DNA of 63,296 bases, filler included, from Reticulomyxa filosa (lineage: Eukaryota > Protista > Foraminifera), in NCBI GenBank assembly GCA_000512085.1. It is 21 parts of 21 records of this genome, joined end to end, with 100 filler letters (N's around TTAATTAATTAA, not from the genome) between each part and the next. Parts side by side here need not be neighbours in the genome. Positions count along the whole stretch, not along the records: positions 49,102 to 54,515 come from ASPP01020858.1; positions 54,616 to 56,200 come from ASPP01038051.1; positions 56,301 to 58,098 come from ASPP01022393.1; positions 58,199 to 63,296 come from ASPP01011808.1; 17 more parts are not named here. The stretch is one strand, 5' to 3'. Within the stretch, counting starts at the first letter, position 1. The number at the start of each line of letters is the position of its first letter. This document shows positions 50,878 to 63,296 of this stretch, piece by piece. A program made the position numbers and the translations under genes. The notes beneath the pieces were generated by a model. It was not told where the DNA came from. It saw nothing but the letters and a program-made list of their open reading frames with translations, and searched no databases.

Positions 50878-53130
50878 TTAAAGATCAAAGGCAACAAAGT
50901 TTGTCTGTCTGTTCGATTCTGGCTCGTTTGGCGGTGTTTGTTCCTTCTGTTTCGCTTCTAACATGTCCAATGCTCGACCTTGGGTAGTACCCATTTCAAT
51001 TCCTTCATTAGAGTCGGCAGAGGCCTCAATTTCTTGCTGTGATATCGGAGCTACTTCATCATGGGCTACTTCATCATGGGTTACTTCATCAGCACTCTCC
51101 TCAACTGGGCTTATCGCGTTGTTAGGTACAGTTATAATCTCTCCCGCCGTTACTACTACGGTGTTGTGCACATCTTCACCCTTTCGTTTGTATTATTATT
51201 TTTTTATTTTGGTAATACGCAGACAACATTTAATTGCATGTGTTTAGCCAACGTAACTCTTGCAGTTTCAGCCCCTTCTGTACCTGTGGGATGGACTTCC
51301 GCAACATCAAAGTGCTCTGAAGAAGTGGTATTTTTTCCACCAAAGGCATAAATTTTTTCTTCACTAGATAGAGCGTAAGGACTTCGTCCCTCGGCTTGCA
51401 CTAGCTGATTTGCAGGTGGTTTATTTCGGCGTCTTACATAGATGACCATACAAAAACATGCACAACAGGCTAACATTGACGATATTATTGCAACGATTAC
51501 CAATGCAAATAAAACAGTATTCGACTTAATACCTTGTCCATTACCTGAACTTTGAGCATTTCCATTACCTTCCAAAAACCCACACATAAAAAACAAATAA
51601 AAAAATTAATGATCACTTTTTTTTGTTGTTGTTGTTGAAAGAAGCGTTGACAGTATAGTTGAAACAACTTACCAGACGGAGACAGAGCTACTTTCACAGT
51701 GGGAGCATGAGAAGGCTGTAAAGTGGATTGGACTTGAGTAGGAACAGCAGTTGTCGTAGATTTGGAAGTGGTTGTAAACACCTGCCCTCGTGTGGGACTC
51801 GAGACGGAAGATGGTGCTGTGGTAACACTTGTGACAGGCGATAGTGTCGGATAAGATGTCGGTCGAAATGTCGGATAAGACGTTGGTCGAAATGTCGAAT
51901 GACGTACCGGGTGGGCGCTTGGTGCAGCGACTGGGGATTGAGTCGGGGCTGGGATTGGAGCTGTGGTGGGTCTGGCGGAAGGTCTAGGCGTTGGTCCGGA
52001 AGAAGGGTTTGTAGTTGGCGATGTGGGCGTCAATGTCGGTGTATCCGTCGGGGCAGCAGTAGGAGAGCCGGTAGGACTGCCCGTTGGTAATTGAGTGGGT
52101 GCAGGGGTCGGAGGATACGTTGGTGGTCGGGTGGGCGTAATGGTCGGAGTAGCCGTTGGTACTTGACTAGGTGCAAAAGTTGGAGCATCGGTAGGAACAC
52201 GGATAGGGGCGTGAGTTGGATGGGATGTGGGACCGGCAGTAGGGGTCGATGTTGGAAATATGGTGGGACGTCTTGTCGGTTTTTTCGTGGGTTTTTTTGT
52301 GGGGTTTTTTCGTTGGTTTTTTTGTTGGCTTTTTTGTGGGCTTCTTCGTTGGCTTTTTCGTGGGTTTTTTTGTCGGTTTTTTCGTTGGCTTTTTTGTCGG
52401 ATTTTGAGAAGGTTGCTTCGTCGGTAAACGAGTCGGTCGTAGTGTTGGTTGTAATGTCGGTCGTAATGTCGGTCGTAATGTCGGTCGTAATGTCGGTCTC
52501 TTTGTCGGATTTGGAGTTGGGATTGGAGTGAATGCTGATGGACTTATTTGTCAGTTCATACATACGTATGTGATGTTTCAATCTACATCCCAATAGCAAC
52601 ATTAAAAAAAAAACAAAACAAAAAAAACATTTACATAATGTCACCATGATGTTGACGAATAGTCATTGATAAGCGTGGTGCCAGTGACCTTGAAACAGTG
52701 ATGATCGGTCATTGATGAGTAAGCTATGTCGAAGATGTTCGACCCTTTTTTTTTTTGTCGTTATTTTGTTTTTATTTACTCAATTCTCATGTTCCGCAAA
52801 ATTGTTGTCCACGAAGCGACCTTTTTTTTAAAGACCTCTTACATTCCTGCCCTTCCTCTCAAAAAAAAAAAAAGTCCACAATGACGAATTTTCTTTTTAG
52901 TATATTTGCTCACCAAGGACTGCCCAACATTTCAAACGAGGATTGGAGGAATAGGCCGGGACACCATGTGTCTCACATGAACCCACTGCGAATGAACTCC
53001 AGCTTACATATGTTGCACCAAACCACATGTCACAGTCCGTTATGTAAGCTGCAGAATTGCACACCCGAAATTGGAAATCCGCACCTTGTCCAACTTGGCC
53101 AAGGCCAAGTAACACTAATATAAACAACAT
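50878..53130 (-). CDS. Type I membrane mucin-like protein: signal peptide, Cys-rich head, PT-repeat stalk, TM, cytoplasmic tail
   Basis: MLFILVLLGLGQVGQG signal. PTLR/PTKK/PTxxP repeats. TM VLFALVIVAIISSMLACCACFCMVIYV followed by RRRNK. Homopolymer slips within the repeats. Confidence 0.8.
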
Positions 53131-53419
53131 AATATTCACAGCTGAAACGATATCAACAAAAGCACTGAACCAAGTTTCTCAATGTTTGAAACTTTAAAAA
53201 GACGGTCAACTTCTTTTTTTTGCAAGTATTTTTTTTTAATTAAATAGAATAAAAATTGATAAAATAGGAATTTGTTTCTAAAATGAAAAGAAGTTTGAAA
53301 GAAGATATAATAACAACAAAAGAGCTTGAAAAATTAGCCAGAAAAACGGTAGACTACGAACAAAGATAAATTTGAAGAAATAAGCACCATAAAAAAACCC
53401 ATAAAAAAGTAACAAATAA

Positions 53420-54515
53420 TAAATAAAACTACAAACAGAACTACCATAAACAAAAAAAAAGTAAAAAAGAAAAGAAAGAATCCCCGTATTCACAATGTGT
53501 GGGATCTATGATCTCTGTGTTCATCAGCAGATTCACGATGGTTATAAAATTCATCACTGCCAATCATATTATCGGAATCCTCAAAATGAACATGATGATG
53601 AAAGTTAATGCGTTTTGGTTGAATACGAGCTATATTGTTTTTTGTTTGATGACATACAAAAGGCAAATATCACAAAAGAAGAGGAATAATCGAAATTGAT
53701 CAATAACGACATACCTGTTCCAGTTCCAGAAGCAGTGGTAGAGGCTGTGGTCATTGTCGTTGTTGTAGTGGTGGTTGTTGTCAGCTTCGTAGTTGTCGTC
53801 GTCGGCTTAGCAGTCGTGAAAGTTGGCGTTGATGTAGGCTTTCTTGTGGTATGTACAGAAGGTCTGGAACTTGGCTCCACAGTGGGGCTGTGAGTCGGCT
53901 CGACAGTTTGAACAGGTTTTGGAGTGGGAGAATTGGTTGGACGATTAGTTGGCTTTTCAGTGGGGTGACTTGTTGGGAAATTGGATGGACGAACAGTCGG
54001 GCGATTAGTTGGTTTTTCAGTGGGGTGACTTGTTGGGAGATTGGACGGACGAACAGTCGGGCCATTTGTTGGCTGATTAGTCGGACGATCTGTTGGAAGA
54101 TGTGTGGGTCGGTTGGACGGATGGCCAGTTGGATTACTTGTTGGACGATTTGTTGGGCGACCAGTAGGACTGTTCGTTGGACGATTTGTCGGCTGATCTG
54201 TAGGACGGTTTGTTGCTTATTTGTCGGAGTATTGGTTGGTCGATCCGTTGGCTTATTTGTCGGTTGATTTGTTGGACGATTTGTCGGTTTATTCGTTGGT
54301 TGATTGGTCGGATGGCCTGTCGGGCGATCTGTTGGACGATTTGTTGGACGATTTGTTGGAAGGTTCGTTGGATAGTTTGTGGGACGGTTTGTTGGCTTAC
54401 TTGTCGGCTGATTGGTTGGGATACTGGTTGGTCGACTTGTTGGTTTATTTGTTGGCTTACTTGTCGGCTGATTGGTCGGGATACTGGTTGGCTGATTTGT
54501 TGGTTTATTTGTTGG
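53420..54515 (-). CDS. Second PT-repeat (PTNK/PTNQ) Thr-rich protein, 5' partial
   Basis: 12-nt-unit repeats such as CCAACAAATAAA, poly-Thr, and a hydrophobic C-terminal region. Confidence 0.7.
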
Positions 54516-54615
54516 NNNNNNNNNNNNNNNNNNNNNNNNNNNNNNNNNNNNNNNNNNNNTTAATTAATTAANNNNNNNNNNNNNNNNNNNNNNNNNNNNN
54601 NNNNNNNNNNNNNNN

Positions 54616-55197
54616 GTGTCATTCACAATATTAAGATTATCTTATGAATTTATGCAATCGTATTGGGATGATCAATTATCACTTTTGCAAGATATGTTTG
54701 GATTATCAAGTAAAGAAGTTGCACAAAGATATTTTCAAACAATGTTCCAAGAACAATTCAATGCTTCTTTTATCAAATTGCATCATCAAGGAAAAATATT
54801 TGTTGATTCTAATCTGAAACTACAACTTGTCAAAGAAAATTTATCTTTTCAATATTTATTTGATTCAATTTACAAATCAATTGAAGAGAATAAAGAAGAA
54901 AAACAAGACAATAAAATAAATGGCGGCAAAAATAAATTAATTGAATCGTGTTTACGAAGTATGTGGAGTTGTGTATTATCAAGACCTTCATTCAAACCTT
55001 ATCCTTTAATTTTCACTTCCGATTCTCAACTAAATCAAGAAATTCAATCAAAAAATGTTGACATTAAAAAAGAGAGATTAGGGAAAGATAAAGATTGTGA
55101 GCAGATTGGTTATATTACTTGGCCAACTTTAATTCGACGTGACACCAATGAGATATTGCATATTCCAATTACTGCATGTTGTTCTCTTTTTCTCTGA
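54616..55197 (+). CDS. Hypothetical protein C-terminus, MIEAP/SPATA18-C-like pattern
   Basis: CLRSMWSCVLSRPSF...IGYITWPTL. Intronless and AT-rich. Confidence 0.45.
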   Translation: MSFTILRLSYEFMQSYWDDQLSLLQDMFGLSSKEVAQRYFQTMFQEQFNASFIKLHHQGKIFVDSNLKLQLVKENLSFQYLFDSIYKSIEENKEEKQDNKINGGKNKLIESCLRSMWSCVLSRPSFKPYPLIFTSDSQLNQEIQSKNVDIKKERLGKDKDCEQIGYITWPTLIRRDTNEILHIPITACCSLFL

Positions 55198-56315
55198 AGA
55201 TGTAGTAAGTACAAACAGTTTGAAATGTAGCAAAATTATCACTGCTTTAAACCAAAAAAAGAGGGTATTAGAGTATTAGCCGGAAAAAATCGAAAGATCA
55301 AAGAAAAAATATTGGTTATTTGTCTGTGTTTTTTTTAAATTGTATAAGAATTTTGTTTGGAGAAACAAGATCCCTTTCCAACTTGGTCTTTGGTTTCTGT
55401 TCCGTTTTAATTGCGTAGAAAGAAAAAACTCCTCTTTTTAACTTATGAAACATAAAACCCAGTAAACAAAATGTCTCAATTCAATGTTTGTCACTTTTGT
55501 GAAAAGTTTTATTTCATTGTTTTAAATGTTCGAGTAAAAGTTTTAAGATTCTGCCCCTTTTTCGTTACCCGTAAAAAAGGGAAATTTAGAGATAAAAAAA
55601 ATCAGCTGAGAGGTACATTCTTGTTCTTACTATATAATAAAGTGATACTATTTTTGTTTGTTTGTTTGGATTTCTTTGTTATCGAGCTTAATCTACTTTA
55701 TATTGGCACGATACTTAATCGTTAGACAAGAAATTGTTCAAAATTTCTTTCTTAACATATACTGTGTCATGTGATGAAAATTATCATCTTTTAAGGTATG
55801 GTAAGTCTCTTTTCACAAAGACTAGCTGTAATTATCAACCCAAGTAATATGCAATTTTTTGCTATTTTTCTTAATGAAAATTTTTGAATGATAACAAAAA
55901 TGTTTCAATATGTCCTTCGCATTTTCTTGAATTTTTACTGGACAAAGTCTTATTTATGTAATTCAAAAAAAACAAAAAATGTTTTCTCCTGTCACCCTTT
56001 ATTGCTTTATCATCCTTATTTATTCGCAGTCAAAAATTTCTGTAGCAACTTTACTTCATTTCAAAATGGATTGTGTTTCACGTCTCCAGAGAAGGGGTAT
56101 AACACGCAGAAATTGGAGTATTTAATACTTCATTGGTGTCACACCGAATTAGAGTTGGCCAAGTGATATAACCAATCTGATCACAGTCTCTATCTTTTCC
56201 NNNNNNNNNNNNNNNNNNNNNNNNNNNNNNNNNNNNNNNNNNNNTTAATTAATTAANNNNNNNNNNNNNNNNNNNNNNNNNNNNNNNNNNNNNNNNNNNN
56301 TCGTCCATTTCTAAA

Positions 56316-56893
56316 ATGGATGGATCGAATATGAGTCCCAATGCTTCTCCGTTCCATCCCATCCCTCATCAACAGCAAGACGAACAAAAAGGATATGTCG
56401 ATAATCACAATATCCGAAAGCAATTTTCCTTGACGACTTCCATTTCACGTTTAATCCTTACAATAAGAATCAAATGGACAATGGTAATATACACACAGAT
56501 CAACCTATATACATATATATTATATGCATATATTGAATTTTGTATTACAAAAAAAGACAAACAACAACCAAACATTTGTGCATGGCTTACGACGCACAAC
56601 GAACACACTAACCCTCATAGATTCGGATGTAAATGAACTCAATGTCTCGTCTCGCTCGTTACAAACGGGCCTTCAATTGCTGAAAGGGTCGAAGCGCCCC
56701 CAAAAAAGCGAAGAGAATATCGGGAGGATCTTGCTGACGAACAATACCTCCTTTTGCTTGATCAGCTCCCACGAACAAGCATTTCAATCTGCCACTCAGA
56801 AAAAGAAGGAAATCGAGACCGAGTCTCCAACCTATCTCTACTCACCACAGCATCAACATCCACAATACTATCAGCAACAAAGACCGCAACATC

Positions 56894-56930
<37 letters not shown>

Positions 56931-57349
56931 GACCCATCGCCAACCCAAACCAAAGAAAAAAAAGAACAAAGAAAGGGAAGGTGCTGCATCCATCAACTCC
57001 ACAGTTACCGTCGATTCAAAGACAGCACCTCAGTGAAACGGAAGAAGCGGAAGGAGGAGCGGAAACCGACGAAGAAGAAGAAGGGTCAATTGACGACATA
57101 TTTTCCACGTTTGTCATTGGCAGCAAAAGCGCAAGCGACTTGCGCAAGACATCCGGATCGTACGATCACAACGAGTATCACAGCACAATAACCACGAGCA
57201 GCAGCGAAAACGAAGACGACCACGATCACGACCAGGATCACGTCCATCGAAACAAAGGGACAAAACAAACCGAGAAGAAGCGCAAGCAAACAAAAAAAAA
57301 AAGCGGTCAACATTTCTTGAAAACTGAGACTAGCAGCAATGGCAATAGC

Positions 57350-57381
<32 letters not shown>

Positions 57382-58018
57382 AAAAAAAAAAACTTCAAAA
57401 AATGAGAGACATACGAAAACCACATCTATCAATCCCAAACTTCCTTCACAAGCCAAGACCACGTCAAAACCTTCCAAATCACAACTCAAGACCAAAATCA
57501 AAGTGAAGCCCAAGATCAAGACCAAAATCAAAACCAAACCCACATCCAAAACCAAGTCCACGTCGCACACCATTAACCAAAGCAAAACCAAAAAAAAAGA
57601 ACCGTCAAAGTTGTCCATTAACACGCTCGACGATGAAACTGAGATGCAAATGCATGCGGAGGCCGAAGCTGAAGCCGAAGTCGAAGCCGAAGCCGAGGTC
57701 GAGGCCGAGGCAGAAGCGGAAGCAGAGGTAGACACGAATAAAACACAAGCGATGCAAAAACGAAGATACAGTGGCAACGACTTGCAAATGTTGAGGCTGG
57801 ATTCGGGCTCGAAACAGGATGATACATCCATATCGTCCTTCACGTCTGTATCTGCGTCCGACTTGAAGGGGCATTTGCAAAGGCAAAGAAGGAGAAAGAA
57901 AAAAAAAAATGCAAAACACACAAATCAAAGCGAAAACGATGTTGGTGAAGAAAATCTTCAAGATCTTTCTTTGGTCAATGCAAATGGCACACAAAAGAAA
58001 AAAAAAGTTTCATTTTAA
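56316..58018 (+). CDS. Large intrinsically disordered low-complexity protein, partial
   Basis: Poly-Q, poly-N, KTKIK repeats and (EA)n in long ORFs 56524-57036 and 56981-58018. Confidence 0.6.
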
Positions 58019-58198
58019 CAAAAAAAATTATAAGTGATACATAATTTTTTTTTTTTTTTTTGGAAATGTATACGTATTGCGTGTAAACCATACCATGANN
58101 NNNNNNNNNNNNNNNNNNNNNNNNNNNNNNNNNNNNNNNNNNTTAATTAATTAANNNNNNNNNNNNNNNNNNNNNNNNNNNNNNNNNNNNNNNNNNNN

Positions 58199-59211
58199 GC
58201 GTTGTTGCTGTGTTGTGAATTGGGTCACAGTGAATGCGCACAAATGTTAATAGAACACGGCGCCAACGTCAACCATCGTGATGCCATTGGACGAACGTGC
58301 TTACACTATTGTATTCACGCCGAAGGCGAAGCCAAGCCCCATCGGAAGAAAGACTTCCAAACCATCCTAGCCTTGCTATTGGAAAAGAAACCCAACTTAG
58401 ATATCGTCGAAAACAAATTCAAGTGGACGCCAATGTTCCAAGCCATTCGAGGTGGAAACGTTGACATCGTGGATCAATTGTCCCAATTGGGAGCCAATCT
58501 GGATTTGACTGACCACAAAGGGAACTCGCTTTTGCATGTTGCTGTGGAATACAATCAATTCCATGTCTTGGAATTTTTGGTGAGAGCCTCGGACAGAGAC
58601 TGGAATTATCAACATAAAAACAACGACGGAGATACTCCTTTTCGTCTGAGCGTTCTGAAAGGACACACCGAATGTGCCAAAATTTTGACTGTGTTTGAAC
58701 AACCGACGACTTTGAAAAAAGCACTATTGTTGGCTGTCAAAAATGACAGGACTCCAGTTTCGCTTTTATTTATAATTACAGTAATAATAACAATCATCAA
58801 TAATTTGTCTTTGTTGGTTAATTTCATTGTTTAATGTTTATATTTGCTTAAAAAAAAAAAAAAAAGATTGTCAAGTATTTGTTAAGAGATTTGAAACTTA
58901 ATCCAAATTTTCAAGATAAGGCAATGATGACCCCTTTGCGGTGGGCAGCGTATCTTGGCTTCAAACAGATATTAAAAGAACTGCTGATACATCAGGCAGA
59001 TGATCCTTTGGATGACTATGGACAAAATGTTGTTTTCTATGCTGCCAAAAAAGGGCACATTGAATGCTTGGATCTTTTGGCCAAAGCTGATGCCGATTTT
59101 AACATTCGAAACAATGAGGGCGTCACCGCCTTGGAGAAAGCTTGTAACAAAGAAACTGCTCGCTTTATCAAAAAAGTCAGAGAACAAAAGCTCAATGAAG
59201 TTCATCTCTAA
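58199..59211 (+). CDS. Ankyrin-repeat protein, 5' partial, 2 exons
   Basis: GRTCLHYC, WTPMFQAIRGG, GNSLLHVAVEYN, GDTPFRLS, TPLRWAAYLG, GVTALEKA. Confidence 0.95.
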
Positions 59212-59564
59212 AGTAATTGCTATATGGAAACACTAGTTGGTTATATTTTTTTTATTTGTTTGTTTTTTTTTTTTTGGTTGCTCCTCGCATATGTTTTTTG
59301 TTTGTGTCTAAACACTTTTTTTCCTCATTTCAAATATGTAAATGTTTCACGATATCACTTTTTGTTTTGAGCTTTGCTCACCTCAATTTGTGCCGGCTAA
59401 GTCATGGACTGTTTTTCTTGGTCTGCTTGTGTCCTTGATTTTTTTCAAATTGCTCAAAAAAATGAACAAACTTGGAAGCTCTAAATTTAACTTATCAAAA
59501 GATTTCACCAAGTTTAACGGTTTAGTTTTTTTCGTTCAAAATTTCCCCTTGCATTGAAAAGAGG

Positions 59565-60484
59565 ATGTCGGTAGAAAACGATTTGATAGATGGTGATCAT
59601 GAAACTTCAGCAGGTAAAAAAACAAAGCAAGCTAACAACAAAATGAAATATCTTCGTTTGGAATGACATCTCAAAAAAAAACAGACCAGTCACAGCCAAA
59701 CAACGACAATTCAATCGACCATGTGCGTGATTCTTTTTTTTGTTTATCTTTGAAAAGATGTTATACGTGACACTTGTCTAAAAAAGCAGAAAAGCATATT
59801 TTGAATGATTGGTTGTAAGCAAAATCATATGCTGTTTGTTTTGGCGGGGGGGGGGGGGGGCAAGAACAGGAGGAGGTCGGAAGAGTGTTGGAACGCAGAA
59901 TGTCCCTTCGCCCATCACGCCAACAAGTGGAATTGAGAGGAGTGGTCCCTCCGCGATACTTTGAAGATCCTGTTTGTGATCCCACTTCATTTTTTTTTTT
60001 CCAGCCCTTTTTTTTAAAAAAAAAAAATTAAGGAGGGGGGGGGGACGGGAAACAAACAACAAAATGAACAGAAAAAAGCGTATACCTCGCAAGTATTTGG
60101 TCATGAAGCAGCAAGCTATGCGTTGGAGGAGCATTTGCATCGAAGGCCTTCACAATTGGATTTGGAAAAATCTGGCGTAGTTCCACCGAGATATTTTGAT
60201 AACCCAGTTTTGTTCTCTTCTCGACCGACCAATGCATATGGTTGTTAAATGGTGGTTGTATGTTGACACTAAATGAATACATTCAAAAGCAAGAAAATTC
60301 ACAACGTGGGAAAATGTGGCGAGAAGTCGTTGGAACACATATGGAAGATTTTTTATCTCGCAGAAAATCCATTCACGACTTGGCGGCTGTAAATATCGTT
60401 CCTGAGGAATATCTCGACAATGTGTGATTTTTCCATTGTTTTTCGTTTTTGTTTCAAACACATGGCTCAAACAACAACAACAAA

Positions 60485-60516
<32 letters not shown>

Positions 60517-62678
60517 GCTTGTTTGTGCCATTAGGACCCTGACAAAGCAGAGGTGTTGAAAAGTGAACGAAGCAAAAATAAAGTGAGCGTATTGGAGGAA
60601 AAATTAAACAAACAGAAAAGACCCAGTATTTTGGATATCTCACACTTTACCAAAATGCCATCAGATTATGTACGTGTTTTGTTTGAAGTGATTTGCGTGC
60701 ACATATTATAACTTGTATACATATATATGTATATATACATGTATATATTTGTATTTATATTTTTATAACATTATGTAAAAATGTATGTATATGTATGTGT
60801 GCTTTTGATGTACTCAATTGCATCACTCGTTCATCCACTGCTTTGGTTGGTAATGAAATCACCTAGGCCAATGGCGATTCACAAGATATTGACAATCCAG
60901 CTGATCTGTCTTCAGAGCCTGCAGCGGGAGATGCAACTCCAACTGATCATCCACATGCTAATGTTAATATCTAAACTTACAAAAACAAGGCCAAAGGAGA
61001 GTAACAATAGCATCAAAAAAAAAAAAAAAAAAAAGGGCTTTTCACAAAAAGATGAACATATGGATGACGAGTCCCATCAAAAATATTTGGTAGTCCCTGC
61101 AGATGGCAATACTTTTGGCAGTGCTTATGGACATCAAATATTTGGATATTATGATCCCAATTCCGGGCAACTGTACAACTTTGGTGTTGACCCGTATCAA
61201 GGTTTTGTTCCCATGGCACCGGTTAAGCGACGAGAAACACAAAATAAACTGTCGAGACGATTGTCCAAAGATCATAGACCTTCCCTTTATGATTTGGAGA
61301 ACCAAAAAATTGTTTTGGGAAATTACTATGACGCTGTATGTTTTTTTTTTTTTTTGTAATTTACATATGCATATGCATATTTTTATCAGAGGATACCATT
61401 TTCTTAAAAAAAAAAAAATTTAAAAAAAATGTAGTTTATCGTTATTTTTTATTTTTTTTTACTGATCGGACAAAAAAGGACTATGCTCGCAATGTAGAGA
61501 AGCAAGAACAGGAAAAAATACATATAAGGGAAGAACTGAACAAGAAATTGGACCCACAACGAAGGCCTTCAGTGCAAGAACTTGGACATATTGGAATAAT
61601 GGATGAAAAAACATTGTATCAATTGTATGGACTTGCAGACGATGTCCGCAAAAAACATAAACGGATGGAATCTGCTGTGGAAGAGCTAAAATCACATCTC
61701 GATTTACCGCACGATCTGGGGTACGCGATTTCTTCTGAGCTTTTGGGAGAGCTGGTCGGTCAGAAACATCTTTCATTGCTTTATGTGTTTGTTTTCACTC
61801 TTTTCATGGTCCCATGTGGGTAACTCGAGGTTGATTGAACTTGTAACCATAGAATGAGTTAGATCCAACATTGACAGTTCCAGCAAATGCCATGTCGGCT
61901 CGGGCCTCCAAAGGATTGCATCCAATCAGTGAAACCGAACATGCAACAAATGAGGATGAAACAAACGCAAATACCAAAACAACCGACAGAAATGAGGAAA
62001 TGCGCTACCAGACATTAATTAATGAGTTGCATTTAGCATTAGAAATCGAAAAAGAAAAAGTTCAAACCACCAATACTGCTTATGCGCAAATGGAGGCACA
62101 ATATCAAATTAGTTTAAACTCACTATCAGAATTAACAACGAAAGAAAAGGAGCATGTGTTACGAATTCAAGAACTGGAAAATAAAAACAATGAAAAATAT
62201 AAGACAATTTTAAAGGAAAGAGACTCTTTAAAGGTAATGGTCGATCAATTAGAAGCACAAATCAACCGCCAAGAACAATATTACACCAAATTGGAGCAAA
62301 CAAATAACACCAAATTGGAGCAAACGAATAACACCACTGAATCCAAGAATAAAAATGAAGCAATTCAACAATTCATGAAACAGGTTCAACTTTTTTTTCT
62401 TTTGCTTTTCATGGAATATTAGCATTAACATATGTACTCTCTTGCCGACATAGATGTCCGAAATTGAGCAACAAAATCTTACATTGGAGCAAGAAAGGGA
62501 TGACTATCTCACAAAGAGTGAAGACACAGAAAAACAAATTGAGATAATGACTGAAGTACTTCAAAGGACTGAAGATTCTAAAATCAAATTGATTCAAGAA
62601 ACAGCAGAACACATGAATCAACTTAGATACTATTTAAAATGCTACAATGGAGCGCTGGCAAAACAAGGGGGCTTGTAA
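59565..62678 (+). CDS. Multi-RPEL (G-actin-binding) protein with C-terminal coiled coil
   Basis: Six RPEL-like motifs: LERRMSLRPSRQQVELRGVV, LEEHLHRRPSQLDLEKSGVV, MEDFLSRRKSIHDLAAVNIV, LEEKLNKQKRPSILDI, LSRRLSKDHRPSLYDLENQKIV, LNKKLDPQRRPSVQELGHIGIM. Confidence 0.8.
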
Positions 62679-63296
62679 TCAATTGGACTTCGCTCAAGTA
62701 ATTTTTTTCCTCTTTCCAATCACAAATTGTTTTGTGGTTGTCATTGATAATGTTTGTGTTGATTTTTTTACTTCCATTTTTGGAAGTCAACGGTATGAAA
62801 ACTACTTTTTGTGAAGATCTTGTTGTTTGTGTAATGATTCATTTACCTTGGTGGAGAGTGAACTAATTATCACCTCAATTCAAAGGTTGCTAAAAAATTC
62901 TAACAAAAGAAAATACTTCTAAAGAACTTTACAAGTCATCACAATTTTCACATTGGAATTGCAAAGCAAGAGGGGGTGAGGTTAGTCAATGTGTGTCTGG
63001 CTTGATTTGAAAAAGATGAATTCTTTTCGATCGTGAAAATTTTTGAAATAGTGTTCTATTGCTCGAGTGACATTAAGTTCCAATACTTCACAGTTAATAA
63101 TTAAAATTGGATTGTAAGTTGCCAAATTGACACCAAGTACTTAAAACACAGAAAGAACACACTCATAAATTAGGCACTGTTTCAAATGGCCGAGTTAATC
63201 AGTAATCTCATTTTGACTCTTTTATTTTGAGTATTGACGAGTAGTCCAAAATGTACAAGTAGAGTCAGATGCTCAAAAAAAGAGCCACGAGAAAAA

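Noticed and set aside
8697-58198. Recurrent TTAATTAATTAA flanked by N runs, which could be mistaken for a CRISPR-like or biological repeat
   Set aside because: It is a fixed 100-nt linker with six-frame stops, so it is an assembly or concatenation artifact. Gene-cluster arguments across spacers (e.g. CYFIP + RPEL, REase + RNF213) are therefore not valid.
62286-62336. 24-bp tandem duplication (TKLEQTNN x2), and EVAHD 15-bp repeats at ~51050
   Set aside because: Ordinary in-frame slippage duplications.
1-63296. tRNA, rRNA, CRISPR arrays, telomeric repeats
   Set aside because: None recognisable by eye. A covariance-model scan would be needed to exclude small RNAs.

Overview
This is AT-rich eukaryotic genomic DNA, not a continuous locus. 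It consists of 21 pieces joined by 20 identical 100-nt artificial spacers (44 N + TTAATTAATTAA + 44 N), so adjacency across spacers is not evidence of linkage. Homopolymer-rich short introns, expanded intronless WD40 genes, PT-repeat surface proteins and many gene relics resemble the foraminiferan Reticulomyxa filosa (inference only). Confident genes are UBC9, an Obg/MTG2 GTPase, CYFIP/Sra1, CDK and GSK3 C-termini, a J-domain protein, a class C GPCR, WD40 and ankyrin proteins, and a decayed LINE reverse transcriptase. The best leads are an OB-fold nucleic-acid-binding domain fused in frame to a condensation/acyltransferase-like domain, a stand-alone Crinkler-type PD-(D/E)xK nuclease, and an RNF213-like giant AAA+ protein. 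Further leads are a 221-bp TG..CA solo-LTR-like family with a 4-bp target-site duplication (TSD), a six-RPEL protein built from repeated exons, an intronic near-perfect hairpin, and an unusual splice-site grammar (GTY donors, poly-A acceptors). All homology calls come from motif recognition by eye, not from database searches.
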